DNA from: Candidatus Sericytochromatia bacterium
GTDB lineage: Bacteria; Cyanobacteriota; Sericytochromatia; S15B-MN24; UBA4093
Length of the DNA stretch: 64,000 nucleotides
Reading direction: 5' to 3'
NCBI GenBank assembly: GCA_036676495.1
Contig: JAKFCT010000052.1
Coordinates: 1-64,000, forward strand
The position numbers were made by a program, and so were the translations under genes. The notes beneath the pieces are model-generated. The model was not told the origin of the DNA. It did not search any database and saw nothing but the letters and a program-made list of their open reading frames with translations. This document shows positions 56,427 through 64,000 of this stretch, in pieces. Position 1 is the stretch's first letter. Each line of letters opens with the position of its first letter.

Positions 56427-57359
56427 ATGGGCTTGAGATCGTCCCGCCGTTTGAAGGCGCTGCTGGGCTTGACCGCCGCAGCGCTCTCGGCGGGTTGCCC
56501 TCCAACCAGCACGCCGCCGAGTGGCGTCAATCCGAACGAGGCGGCCGATCGACAGGCCATTTCCTCGGTGCTCGGAGAATCCGAGGTTGCGCCACTCTTC
56601 CCGTCCCGACTCATCAACGATGGGGTCGGCATCTTCAGTGCCGGCACCGAGGTCCTGCCGTCGGGCTTTCCAAGGCGCTGGGGGCGCAGTTACTCCTTCA
56701 CCGTCCAGGGAAAAGAGACGTCGATTCCCGAGTCGACGTCTCTCCAGTTCACCTCTGCGACCGAGGCCACGGGGCTTTTCAAGCAGGATCGTGCCGGCAA
56801 GCTCGTGCTCGATTACACCTGGCAGCGCAACCTGCTCTCCAAGCCGTTCGTCGAGACCGCTCAGCGGAAGGCCCACTTCCGCAAGACCGCGGGGACTTGG
56901 CGCTTGACCGACGTCAACCTGGTCAAGATCCAGCCCGAGGGCTCGGCGTTCAAGGCAGGGACGATCGTTTTGACGGTGGACGGTCAGCCCCCGCGGCGCT
57001 TCCTGCCGGATGGCTGGATTGCGATCGACGACCTGCCGCGCGTCAAGGCCGATCAATGGGCATCCCTCGAGGTCGAACTCTCCTTCGAGGGGGCGACGAC
57101 GGATCCGGCGTTTTACGCCTTCCTTTCCGTGCCCCCCATGCGCGATCGCCTCAGGCTGCGGGACGACGGCCTCGGCGAGGACCGCCAGGCCCGAGACGGG
57201 GTTTACACGGCTCACTTCCGTTTCGGCGGAGAGGCGGGCCTGCGGCACCTGGTGATCGACGCGATCGCCGGCAAGACTTTCGCTGATCCGGCGATGACCA
57301 ATTATGACGGCACCCAGTGGGGAATCCCCTACCGGGTCGAAGGAGGTGAGGGACGATGA
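56427..57359 (+). CDS. Hypothetical lipoprotein with DDG...DGVY motif
   Basis: SAGC lipobox; LRDDGLGEDRQARDGVYTAHF. Confidence 0.82.
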   Translation: MGLRSSRRLKALLGLTAAALSAGCPPTSTPPSGVNPNEAADRQAISSVLGESEVAPLFPSRLINDGVGIFSAGTEVLPSGFPRRWGRSYSFTVQGKETSIPESTSLQFTSATEATGLFKQDRAGKLVLDYTWQRNLLSKPFVETAQRKAHFRKTAGTWRLTDVNLVKIQPEGSAFKAGTIVLTVDGQPPRRFLPDGWIAIDDLPRVKADQWASLEVELSFEGATTDPAFYAFLSVPPMRDRLRLRDDGLGEDRQARDGVYTAHFRFGGEAGLRHLVIDAIAGKTFADPAMTNYDGTQWGIPYRVEGGEGR

Positions 57360-58417
57360 CGCGGATTTGGACTCCCTTTGGGAGGTCCCTAGCGGGATTG
57401 TGCCTTGCCGTGGTCCTTTCCGGGTGCGCGAGTACCCTCCCGAACGGTACCTTCGGCCCCTACTGGCCGGTCGGTAACGGTCTTTCCGAGGAGGACAAGT
57501 CGGGAGGCGTCGAAGGCAAGCCGGGCTCGGAGACGGAGCAGCCGCCTTTCGTGGGCCTCTACCAGACCTTGCAGGGACCGCTACTCTCCAGAGACGGCAA
57601 GCTCTACTCCCTGAGCACGGGGGCGCTCAAGGAATGGGGGAAGGCCCCCCGGTCGGGTATGGCCTGGTCGATTTTCATGCTCTCGTCCCAGGAGGGCTGG
57701 AGTGTCGGTGGCGAAGGCATCGCCCGTTACAAGAACCAGCTCTGGGAGCCGGTCGTCAACGGCAGCCATGAGCTGCTCTCGCCAGCGACCAACAACGGGG
57801 TGGCGGTGCGGCTCACCGACGTGGCCTTCTCCGACGCGGGTCGCGGCTTCGCCGTCGGGACCCACGGGACGGTTCTCGAGTACGCCAACGAGAAATGGAC
57901 CCGGGTTGAGCGTCCCGAATTCGGCACCAAGCACTTCGGAACGGTGCGGACCTCGGGGCAGGAGGTCTGGGTGGCCGGCGAGGACGTGCTGCGCTTCAAC
58001 GGAACCGCTTGGGTGAAGGTCGGCCCCCCCCAGGCAGGCTTGGAGGTCAGCGGATTGCTGATCCGCGACGATGCGGTCTGGGCGAGCACGGGGACGGACC
58101 TCTGGCGCTGGGACCGGGTCGCCCAGAAATGGGATGCGAAGTCGCACCTCTCCGCCGATTACCTGGGGGGACTCCAGGCGATTCCCGGGAATCCGGCATC
58201 GCTGCTCGCGGTGGCCATGGAAGTCGGAGTTCCGGGAGGCCGGATCTTCGGGCTGGGAAGCGGGGGCAACTGGAACGCGCTTTCGCCTCAGACTCCCGTG
58301 CAGGTCGGTCTCGATTCCCTGGTGATGCTGGATCACGATACGGGATTCGCGCTGAGCTTCGACGGCGCGGTGCTTTACAAGTTCGATCAAGGAGTCTGGA
58401 CGACGCTGCCCTTCTAG
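57356..58417 (+). CDS. Hypothetical beta-propeller lipoprotein (Ycf48/WD40-like)
   Basis: LSGC lipobox; repeated GWSVG/GFAVG/VWVAG/VWAST blades ending in W; ATGA overlap with previous gene. Confidence 0.85.
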   Translation: MTRIWTPFGRSLAGLCLAVVLSGCASTLPNGTFGPYWPVGNGLSEEDKSGGVEGKPGSETEQPPFVGLYQTLQGPLLSRDGKLYSLSTGALKEWGKAPRSGMAWSIFMLSSQEGWSVGGEGIARYKNQLWEPVVNGSHELLSPATNNGVAVRLTDVAFSDAGRGFAVGTHGTVLEYANEKWTRVERPEFGTKHFGTVRTSGQEVWVAGEDVLRFNGTAWVKVGPPQAGLEVSGLLIRDDAVWASTGTDLWRWDRVAQKWDAKSHLSADYLGGLQAIPGNPASLLAVAMEVGVPGGRIFGLGSGGNWNALSPQTPVQVGLDSLVMLDHDTGFALSFDGAVLYKFDQGVWTTLPF

Positions 58418-58446
58418 CCCACCCAGGGCCGCGAGGTGTTTCGATG

Positions 58447-58475
58447 GCAACGGCCCCGCTCGGCGGGGCCGTTGC
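58447..58475. terminator. 13-bp hairpin between convergent genes
   Basis: GCAACGGCCCCGC-tcg-GCGGGGCCGTTGC. Confidence 0.6.
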
Positions 58476-58517
58476 GCGTTGCGGTGGGAACGACGGGACG
58501 CGTCCCGCGGGACGGGG

Positions 58518-58715
58518 CTAACGCTGCATGTCGCGGCGAATGTCCTCGGCTTTCTCCTTGATGTCGCCCCAGGCCTGGCGCAGATTGCCCTTGGCCTGAT
58601 CCATCTTGCCTTCGCGCTCGACGCGCTCCTCGCCCATCATCTCGCCCTTGAACTCGCGCATCTTGCCGCCGAGTTCCTCCTGCTTGCCTCTGAGCTTGTC
58701 GTGTTCGCCTGCCAT
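58518..58715 (-). CDS. csbD: CsbD-like stress protein
   Basis: DKLRGK..E..GK..E..G..MG.E....EGK.DQAKG; GGAGG RBS; 65 aa. Confidence 0.88.
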   Translation of the reverse strand: MAGEHDKLRGKQEELGGKMREFKGEMMGEERVEREGKMDQAKGNLRQAWGDIKEKAEDIRRDMQR

Positions 58716-58892
58716 GGTCCTACCTCCCTCTGCCAAAGCCCGCACGTTCGGCCGCCATGCGCGGGAACCCGCTGGGATCGTGGCGGGAAACGGCGTTCGG
58801 GCCCGCTTTTAATAGTTATTTGATACTCCTTTGATGGGTCTTTGTCACCAGCCGGGTATAGGATCACTGTCGGTAAGAGAGTGAGGTGTGCC

Positions 58893-59066
58893 ATGTCCCG
58901 TCGCATTCCTGTGAAACGGCCGGTGGCGATTGCGACCGCCCGTCCCATGCCCAAGCCCATGACGGGCTCGCTGGTGGCCGTCGTGGCCGCAGGCGCGTTC
59001 TTCATCCACCCTTTTCTGGGCCTCGGCATCGTGGGCCTCGCCCTCTGGCAAACGCTCGGCGAATAA
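58893..59066 (+). CDS. Small membrane protein (57 aa)
   Basis: GAGGTG RBS, basic N-terminus, hydrophobic hairpin, followed by a terminator. Confidence 0.7.
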   Translation: MSRRIPVKRPVAIATARPMPKPMTGSLVAVVAAGAFFIHPFLGLGIVGLALWQTLGE

Positions 59067-59080
59067 GTTCTCAATAGGTC

Positions 59081-59114
59081 GGAGGGGCGGGAAGATTCCC
59101 GCCCCTCCTTTTTT
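59081..59114 (+). terminator. Intrinsic terminator
   Basis: GGAGGGGCGGGA(A)-loop-TCCCGCCCCTCC followed by a T tract. Confidence 0.88.
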
Positions 59115-59251
59115 CGTCTAATCTAGTGCCCGCGGCTGTTGCGCAAGGCCGCGAAGCGGTCCTGAAGCAACTTCGATTGCTCTAGGGACCAAGCGGGTAT
59201 AATACGGAGTAGGGAACGATGGGGTTCCTGAGAGCCTGAGAGGACGATGCG

Positions 59252-59797
59252 ATGTCCATCTCGCGTACGACGTTTCGCTTGATTCAACGGTCCCAGCAGG
59301 GACCCGAGGCCATGAACCTGGCCTTACTGGCGCTTCGCGCGGTCATCCCCTATGCGCAGATCGACTGCGTGCAACTGAACCGCACCAAGTTCTGGATCGA
59401 TTCCTCCCGTTACCCGCAAGCCATCTGGCACCAGTTGCTGCAAAACCCGGAATGGCATACCAAGCTGGTCTTCCACCTGGCCAACAGCCTGGTGGCGAGA
59501 GATCATGCCGAGCGCTGCGAGTTGCAGGGCGATTTCGGCAAGCTCCTCAACGAGCCGGATACCAAGGTGATCCTGCATGGGTCCATGCTCTTCGAGAGCG
59601 AAGGCACCCCGGCCTTGCTGGCCGGACAGGGGTTGCCGATGATGGAGTCCTTCGGCTGCGACCTCCAGGTCGACGCCTACACGGAGTACGTGAAGCAGCT
59701 CCGGCGTGACGAGCAGCTCAGCGGGAAGCTGGCGCTGCAGCAGTCGCTCTACGAGACGATGGAGTTCTCGGTTTCGGTGAGCCGCACCGCGGATTAG
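59252..59797 (+). CDS. Hypothetical protein (181 aa)
   Basis: Host-like codon usage, GAGGA RBS, upstream GGGTATAAT; no recognised motif. Confidence 0.75.
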   Translation: MSISRTTFRLIQRSQQGPEAMNLALLALRAVIPYAQIDCVQLNRTKFWIDSSRYPQAIWHQLLQNPEWHTKLVFHLANSLVARDHAERCELQGDFGKLLNEPDTKVILHGSMLFESEGTPALLAGQGLPMMESFGCDLQVDAYTEYVKQLRRDEQLSGKLALQQSLYETMEFSVSVSRTAD

Positions 59798-60192
59798 CGC
59801 TCCAGGACCACCATGGCCATGGCCTGCCCTGCCGTATGGGTCAGGCTCAAGTGGGCCCGCTTCACCCCGAGCTCGTTGGCGAGCTTGGCGGCCGCTCCGT
59901 GCAGCTTGAGCACCGGTCGGCCTCCCGGTTCGCGCATGACCTCGAAGTCCGTCCAGCGCATCCCATGCGTCCACCCCTTGCCGAGGGCCTTGAGTGTTGC
60001 CTCCTTGGCGGCGAACCGGGCGGCGAGGCTGATGTCCGGGTTCTTCTGACGCAGGCAGTACGCGGATTCCGCGTCCGCGAAGACGCGCTTGAGGAACTGC
60101 TCCCCGTGGCGGGAGCGGACCTCCGCGATGCGGTGAATCTCCACCATGTCGACCCCGATCCCGAGGATGCGCGACTCGTCGAAGGACGTCAT
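59794..60192 (-). CDS. acpS: Holo-[acyl-carrier-protein] synthase
   Basis: GIGVDMVEI.RI, AARFAAKEA..KALG, HLSLTH. Confidence 0.96.
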   Translation of the reverse strand: MTSFDESRILGIGVDMVEIHRIAEVRSRHGEQFLKRVFADAESAYCLRQKNPDISLAARFAAKEATLKALGKGWTHGMRWTDFEVMREPGGRPVLKLHGAAAKLANELGVKRAHLSLTHTAGQAMAMVVLER

Positions 60193-61310
60193 GCCGGTAC
60201 CCGCGCGGCCATGGCGAGGGCCTGCCGGAGCGTGTCGAGCGCCTGGCTCAGCGCCTCCGGATCCCGGTGCCCGAAGCCGATCCGCAGGGCCCCCGGGTAG
60301 CCGAGGCAGGATCCCGGGACCACGAAGCAGTCATGCGATTCGCGGAGCTGCCGCCCGAACGCCATGTCGTCATGCGTGCCGTGCGGCCAAACCAGGGTCA
60401 TGACCCCGGCGGGCGGCAGCTGCACGTCGGCCCACTCCGACACCGTGGCAAGCCAGTCGGCGACACGGGCGCGGTTCTCCTGGGCGATCGCCGTGTTCTC
60501 GGCCCAGAGGACCTCGCGCTGTGGCCAGAGCCATTCGAGCATTTGCTCGCTCATCCGGCTGACCGAGCACGTGAGATGTTCATGCCACGCCAAGATCCGT
60601 TGAGCGACCCGGGGATCGGCGCAGGCCACCCAGCCGAGCCGGAAGCCGGGCAAGCTCCAGCGTTTCGAGAGGGCGTTAACGGCGATGCCGCGCGGGGTGA
60701 GGGTGGCGATGCTGGCATCCAGGCCAGGAGTGACGCCCCGGTAGATCTCGTCGACCAGCAGGTAAGCCTCCGGCAGCGACTCGACCCGTCGCGCGATGGC
60801 CGTGAGGGTGGCCGCGGACAGGACACGGCCTGTCGGGTTATGCGGGGTGTTGAGCACGACGAGGCGAGTGCGGGCGTCCAGCAGGTCCCAGAGCCGGTCG
60901 AGGTCGGGATCCGCGAAGGGATCGGCGGGCAGCGTCCAGCGGCGCACCTCCACTCCCAGCCCCTCCGCGAGGCCCGCGAACTGGTAGTAGAGGGGATCTT
61001 GGAGCACGAGGTTGCTTCCCGGCTCGAGCAGGGCGAAGAGCACGGAGGCATTGGCCTCGGTGGCGCCGCTGGTCAGGATCAGCGCATCCGGGTCCAGGCC
61101 GTCGGAAGCGGCGAGCGCGTGGCGCAGGGTCTCTGAGCCGGGGGTGCTGGTGTAGCCGGTCTCGAAGGTGGCCGGCGACCAATCGGAAGGCAGCAAGGAT
61201 GCCAGGCGGGGGCCGGGTAGCGGCGCGATCATCGTCCCGCCGAGCTGGTGCTTGGCGCCGCCTTGGTAGCGATTGAACCATGCTTCCAGGGATGGGCTTT
61301 CAAGTTTCAC
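60189..61310 (-). CDS. PLP-dependent aminotransferase class I/II
   Basis: NTPHNPTG, VDEIY, ALSKRWSLPGFRLGW. Confidence 0.92.
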   Translation of the reverse strand: MKLESPSLEAWFNRYQGGAKHQLGGTMIAPLPGPRLASLLPSDWSPATFETGYTSTPGSETLRHALAASDGLDPDALILTSGATEANASVLFALLEPGSNLVLQDPLYYQFAGLAEGLGVEVRRWTLPADPFADPDLDRLWDLLDARTRLVVLNTPHNPTGRVLSAATLTAIARRVESLPEAYLLVDEIYRGVTPGLDASIATLTPRGIAVNALSKRWSLPGFRLGWVACADPRVAQRILAWHEHLTCSVSRMSEQMLEWLWPQREVLWAENTAIAQENRARVADWLATVSEWADVQLPPAGVMTLVWPHGTHDDMAFGRQLRESHDCFVVPGSCLGYPGALRIGFGHRDPEALSQALDTLRQALAMAARVPA

Positions 61311-61450
61311 GGCGGACTCCCTTCACATCGCCTCGATGCTACCAAGAAACCGGGCCCCGGGCAAACGTCCCCTCCCTTGACGCCCCGCCCCGCACAGGGA
61401 ATAATGAAAGCCCTTTAAGACCCTCTCGACTTCCACTGAGGAGGAAAGAC

Positions 61451-62098
61451 ATGTCGACCGCAACGATGCAAAAGTACGAGGTTCGCGAGTATAACCTGGC
61501 CGGCCTCGAGGGCATCTCCGAAGAGCAGATCGCCCAGCACAAGAAGCTCTACGAGGGCTACGTCAACAACACCAACAAGCTGCTGGACGAGACCCGCAAG
61601 ATGCTCGAGAGCGGCGAGGCTGATGGCCTCAACCCCCATTTCGCCGAGCTCAAGCGCCGTTTCGGCTTCGAGTTCAACGGCATGGTGCTTCACGAGTACT
61701 ACTTCAGCAACCTCAAGGCCAACGGCGGCAGCCTTCCCGCTGGCGGGCGCCTGGCCAAGGCCCTCGAGGATTCCTTCGGTTCCGTCGAGAACTGGATGAA
61801 GGACTTCATGGGCGTCGCCAAGATGCGCGGCGTGGGCTGGGCCATCCTGTACCAGGACAACCGCACCGGCAAGCTGACGAACCACTGGATCACCCTTCAC
61901 GAGGAAGGCAACGTGGCGGGCTACCGCCCCGTGCTGGTCATCGACGTCTGGGAGCATGCCTTCGCCGTGGACTACAAGCCCACCGAGCGCGGCAAGTACC
62001 TGGATGCCGTCATGAAGAACATCGACTGGGCCAAGGTCGAGTCGCGCCTGATGACGGACGACGAGGTCGCCAAGAACCGCCAGATGGTCAGCAAGTAA
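61451..62098 (+). CDS. Fe/Mn superoxide dismutase family protein (divergent, ChrC-like clade)
   Basis: QHKKLYEGYVNN, NGMVLHEYYF, SFGS...W, GWAIL, DVWEHAF; GAGGAGG RBS. Confidence 0.9.
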   Translation: MSTATMQKYEVREYNLAGLEGISEEQIAQHKKLYEGYVNNTNKLLDETRKMLESGEADGLNPHFAELKRRFGFEFNGMVLHEYYFSNLKANGGSLPAGGRLAKALEDSFGSVENWMKDFMGVAKMRGVGWAILYQDNRTGKLTNHWITLHEEGNVAGYRPVLVIDVWEHAFAVDYKPTERGKYLDAVMKNIDWAKVESRLMTDDEVAKNRQMVSK

Positions 62099-62112
62099 CC
62101 GATAACCGGTCT

Positions 62113-62150
62113 CGGAGCGCGGAGGGCACGACCCTCCGCGCTCCTTTTTT
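62113..62150 (+). terminator. Intrinsic terminator
   Basis: GGAGCGCGGAGGG-cacga-CCCTCCGCGCTCC followed by a T tract. Confidence 0.9.
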
Positions 62151-62195
62151 GTGCTTGCTTGCATGACGACGCGGAATCGGTTTTAATGTCCCCTA

Positions 62196-63656
62196 ATGAA
62201 CCGCATGCTTCCGCTCTCCTGGATAGCCGGGCTGCTCGCCCTCATGCTGCTGGTCGTTCCGGGCTGCTCCCGGGCGGAGGCGCCGTCTGCCGATGCGCTC
62301 GAGCGCGTGCGCCAGGCGGGTGAAGTCGTCATCGGCACCGATGCCACCTACCCCCCCTTCGAAAACAAGGTCGGATCCGAACTCGTCGGCTTCGACATCG
62401 AGCTGGGCCAGGCCGTCGCCCGGAAGCTGGGAGTCAAGCCCCGCTGGGTCAACTCGTCCTTCGACGGGATCTTCCCGGCCCTCCTGAGCCGCAAGTTCGA
62501 CATGGTGATCTCGGCCTCCACCATCACCCCCGAACGCAAGAAGACCCTCGCCTTCAGCGACCCCTACTACGACGCGGGCCAGGTCATCACCCTGCGCCAA
62601 GAGCAGCAGCCCCTCAAAGTCGACGACCTCACCGGCAAGACGGTCGGCGTCCAGATCAACACCACCGGCCATGTCATGCTGGAGGCCCGGACGGGCATCC
62701 GCCTCAAGAAGTTCAACTCCATCGACCTCGCCTTCCTCGACCTCCAGAATGGCCGCCTGGACGCGGTGGTCAACGATGCGCCCACCACGCGCTACATGCT
62801 GAAGCAGAGCTTCCCGAGCCTGGTGGTTTCGGGAGAACCCTTCACGTCCGAGCACTACGGCATGGCCTTCCATCCCTCCGACGGATCGCTCGTCAAGGCC
62901 GTGAACCAGGCCCTGGCCGAGATCCGGGCATCCGGGGAGTACGACCGGCTTTACTCCAAGTGGTTTGCCACCAGTGACGTGGCCGCGCCGGCCCCATCTG
63001 CCCCCAAGCTCTTCGACCCGTCCTTGCTCAAGGATCTCTGGAAGTACTTGCTCAACGGCATGGTCTGGACCGTTCAGCTCACCGCCTGGGGCCTGCTCTG
63101 CGGCCTGCCGGCAGGCTTGTTGATCGGACTCCTTCGGGTCAGCCCGTTTCGTCCGCTTTCGCTGGCGAGCATGGTCTACGTGGAGGCCATCCGGGGCACG
63201 CCCCTTTTGGTCCAGATCTTCACCATCTACTTCGTCCTGCCGGCCTTCGGGATCCGGATCCCCGAGTACCTGGCCGCGATCCTGGCGCTCAGCATCAATG
63301 CCAGCGCGTACATCGCCGAGATCTTCCGGGCCGGGATCGAGTCCATCCCCAAGGGACAGATGGAGGCCGCCCGCTCTCTGGGCTTCGGCTACGTTCCGGC
63401 CATGGGGCTGGTGATCCTGCCGCAGGCCATGCGTCGGGTCGTGCCGCCCTTGACCAACGAGGCGATCGCCCTGCTCAAGGACTCCTCGCTCGTCTCCCTG
63501 ATGGGCATGACCGAGCTGACCCGAACCGGACAGGAGCTCGCGAGCCGCCTCGCCAATCCCATGACCGTTTGGCTGGCCGTGGCCCTTTGCTACCTCCTGC
63601 TCACCATCCCCTTGACCAGTGTCTCCCGCCTGCTCGAGAAGCGGTGGACCTACTAG
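62196..63656 (+). CDS. Polar amino-acid ABC transporter, fused substrate-binding protein/permease
   Basis: DATYPPFE..GFDIEL (SBP family 3) fused to IRGTPLLVQ / SAYIAEIFRAGI / GQMEAARSLG permease. Confidence 0.95.
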   Translation: MNRMLPLSWIAGLLALMLLVVPGCSRAEAPSADALERVRQAGEVVIGTDATYPPFENKVGSELVGFDIELGQAVARKLGVKPRWVNSSFDGIFPALLSRKFDMVISASTITPERKKTLAFSDPYYDAGQVITLRQEQQPLKVDDLTGKTVGVQINTTGHVMLEARTGIRLKKFNSIDLAFLDLQNGRLDAVVNDAPTTRYMLKQSFPSLVVSGEPFTSEHYGMAFHPSDGSLVKAVNQALAEIRASGEYDRLYSKWFATSDVAAPAPSAPKLFDPSLLKDLWKYLLNGMVWTVQLTAWGLLCGLPAGLLIGLLRVSPFRPLSLASMVYVEAIRGTPLLVQIFTIYFVLPAFGIRIPEYLAAILALSINASAYIAEIFRAGIESIPKGQMEAARSLGFGYVPAMGLVILPQAMRRVVPPLTNEAIALLKDSSLVSLMGMTELTRTGQELASRLANPMTVWLAVALCYLLLTIPLTSVSRLLEKRWTY

Positions 63657-63696
63657 TGCCGCCGCGACTGCTAGCATCCGAGCGAGGAGGCCGCCG

Positions 63697-64000
63697 GTGA
63701 TCCGCTTCGAAGGAGTCGTCAAACGTTTCGGCCGCCATACGGTGCTCGACGGGATCGACCTGCACGTCCCGGCCGGCCAGAAGCTCGTCCTGCTCGGACC
63801 CAGCGGATCCGGCAAGAGCACGCTCTTGCGCTGCATCAACCGCCTGGAGCGCATCGACCAGGGGCATATCTGGGTGAACGGGGTGGACGTGGCGGACCGC
63901 CGCACCGACCTGAACCTCTTGCGGATGGACGTGGGAATGGTCTTCCAGTCCTTCAACCTCTTTCCGCATCTGACGGTGCTGGAGAACATCACCCTGGCTC
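63697..64000 (+). CDS. Polar amino-acid ABC transporter ATP-binding protein (3'-truncated by the window edge)
   Basis: GAGGAGG then GTG; reads MIRFEGVVKRFG...GPSGSGKSTLLRCINRLE...GMVFQSFNLFPHLTVLEN. Confidence 0.93.
   Translation, partial: MIRFEGVVKRFGRHTVLDGIDLHVPAGQKLVLLGPSGSGKSTLLRCINRLERIDQGHIWVNGVDVADRRTDLNLLRMDVGMVFQSFNLFPHLTVLENITLA

Overview
High-GC bacterial chromosomal window with no integrase, transposase, phage module or CRISPR array. It is mostly housekeeping and metabolic: hbd-acyl-CoA dehydrogenases-meaB, sulP, icmF, rsmB-rlmN-rsgA-glmU-prs-pth, trmL, sdaAB-sdaAA, pgi/pfkA, acpS, a SOD-family gene, a polar amino-acid ABC transporter and tRNA-Thr(TGT). These are interleaved with many lineage-specific lipoproteins and TPR proteins. 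Cyanobacteria-associated families (TIGR03792-like, eboE) in a heterotrophic-looking gene set suggest a non-photosynthetic relative of cyanobacteria such as Ca. Sericytochromatia; this is inference only. Most notable items: (1) a tandem pair of signal-peptide-less glycine-zipper paralogs, one fused to LysM; (2) a recurring 11-bp-period YTTAAYY box upstream of that pair and of orphan lipoproteins; (3) a Fur-boxed porin/FMN-binding/PepSY-TM/ApbE flavinylation operon; (4) a stand-alone TPR-MshEN protein next to a STAND-TPR-BTAD regulator and a three-lipoprotein operon; (5) an unannotated 50-aa Pro-Pro-rich leader ORF whose stop region pairs with the sulP RBS; (6) a decayed ebo operon (eboB and eboF remnants around eboE); (7) a ~165-nt structured intergenic element; (8) a perfect 31-bp inverted repeat. 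All family assignments are by eye from motifs; no searches were run.
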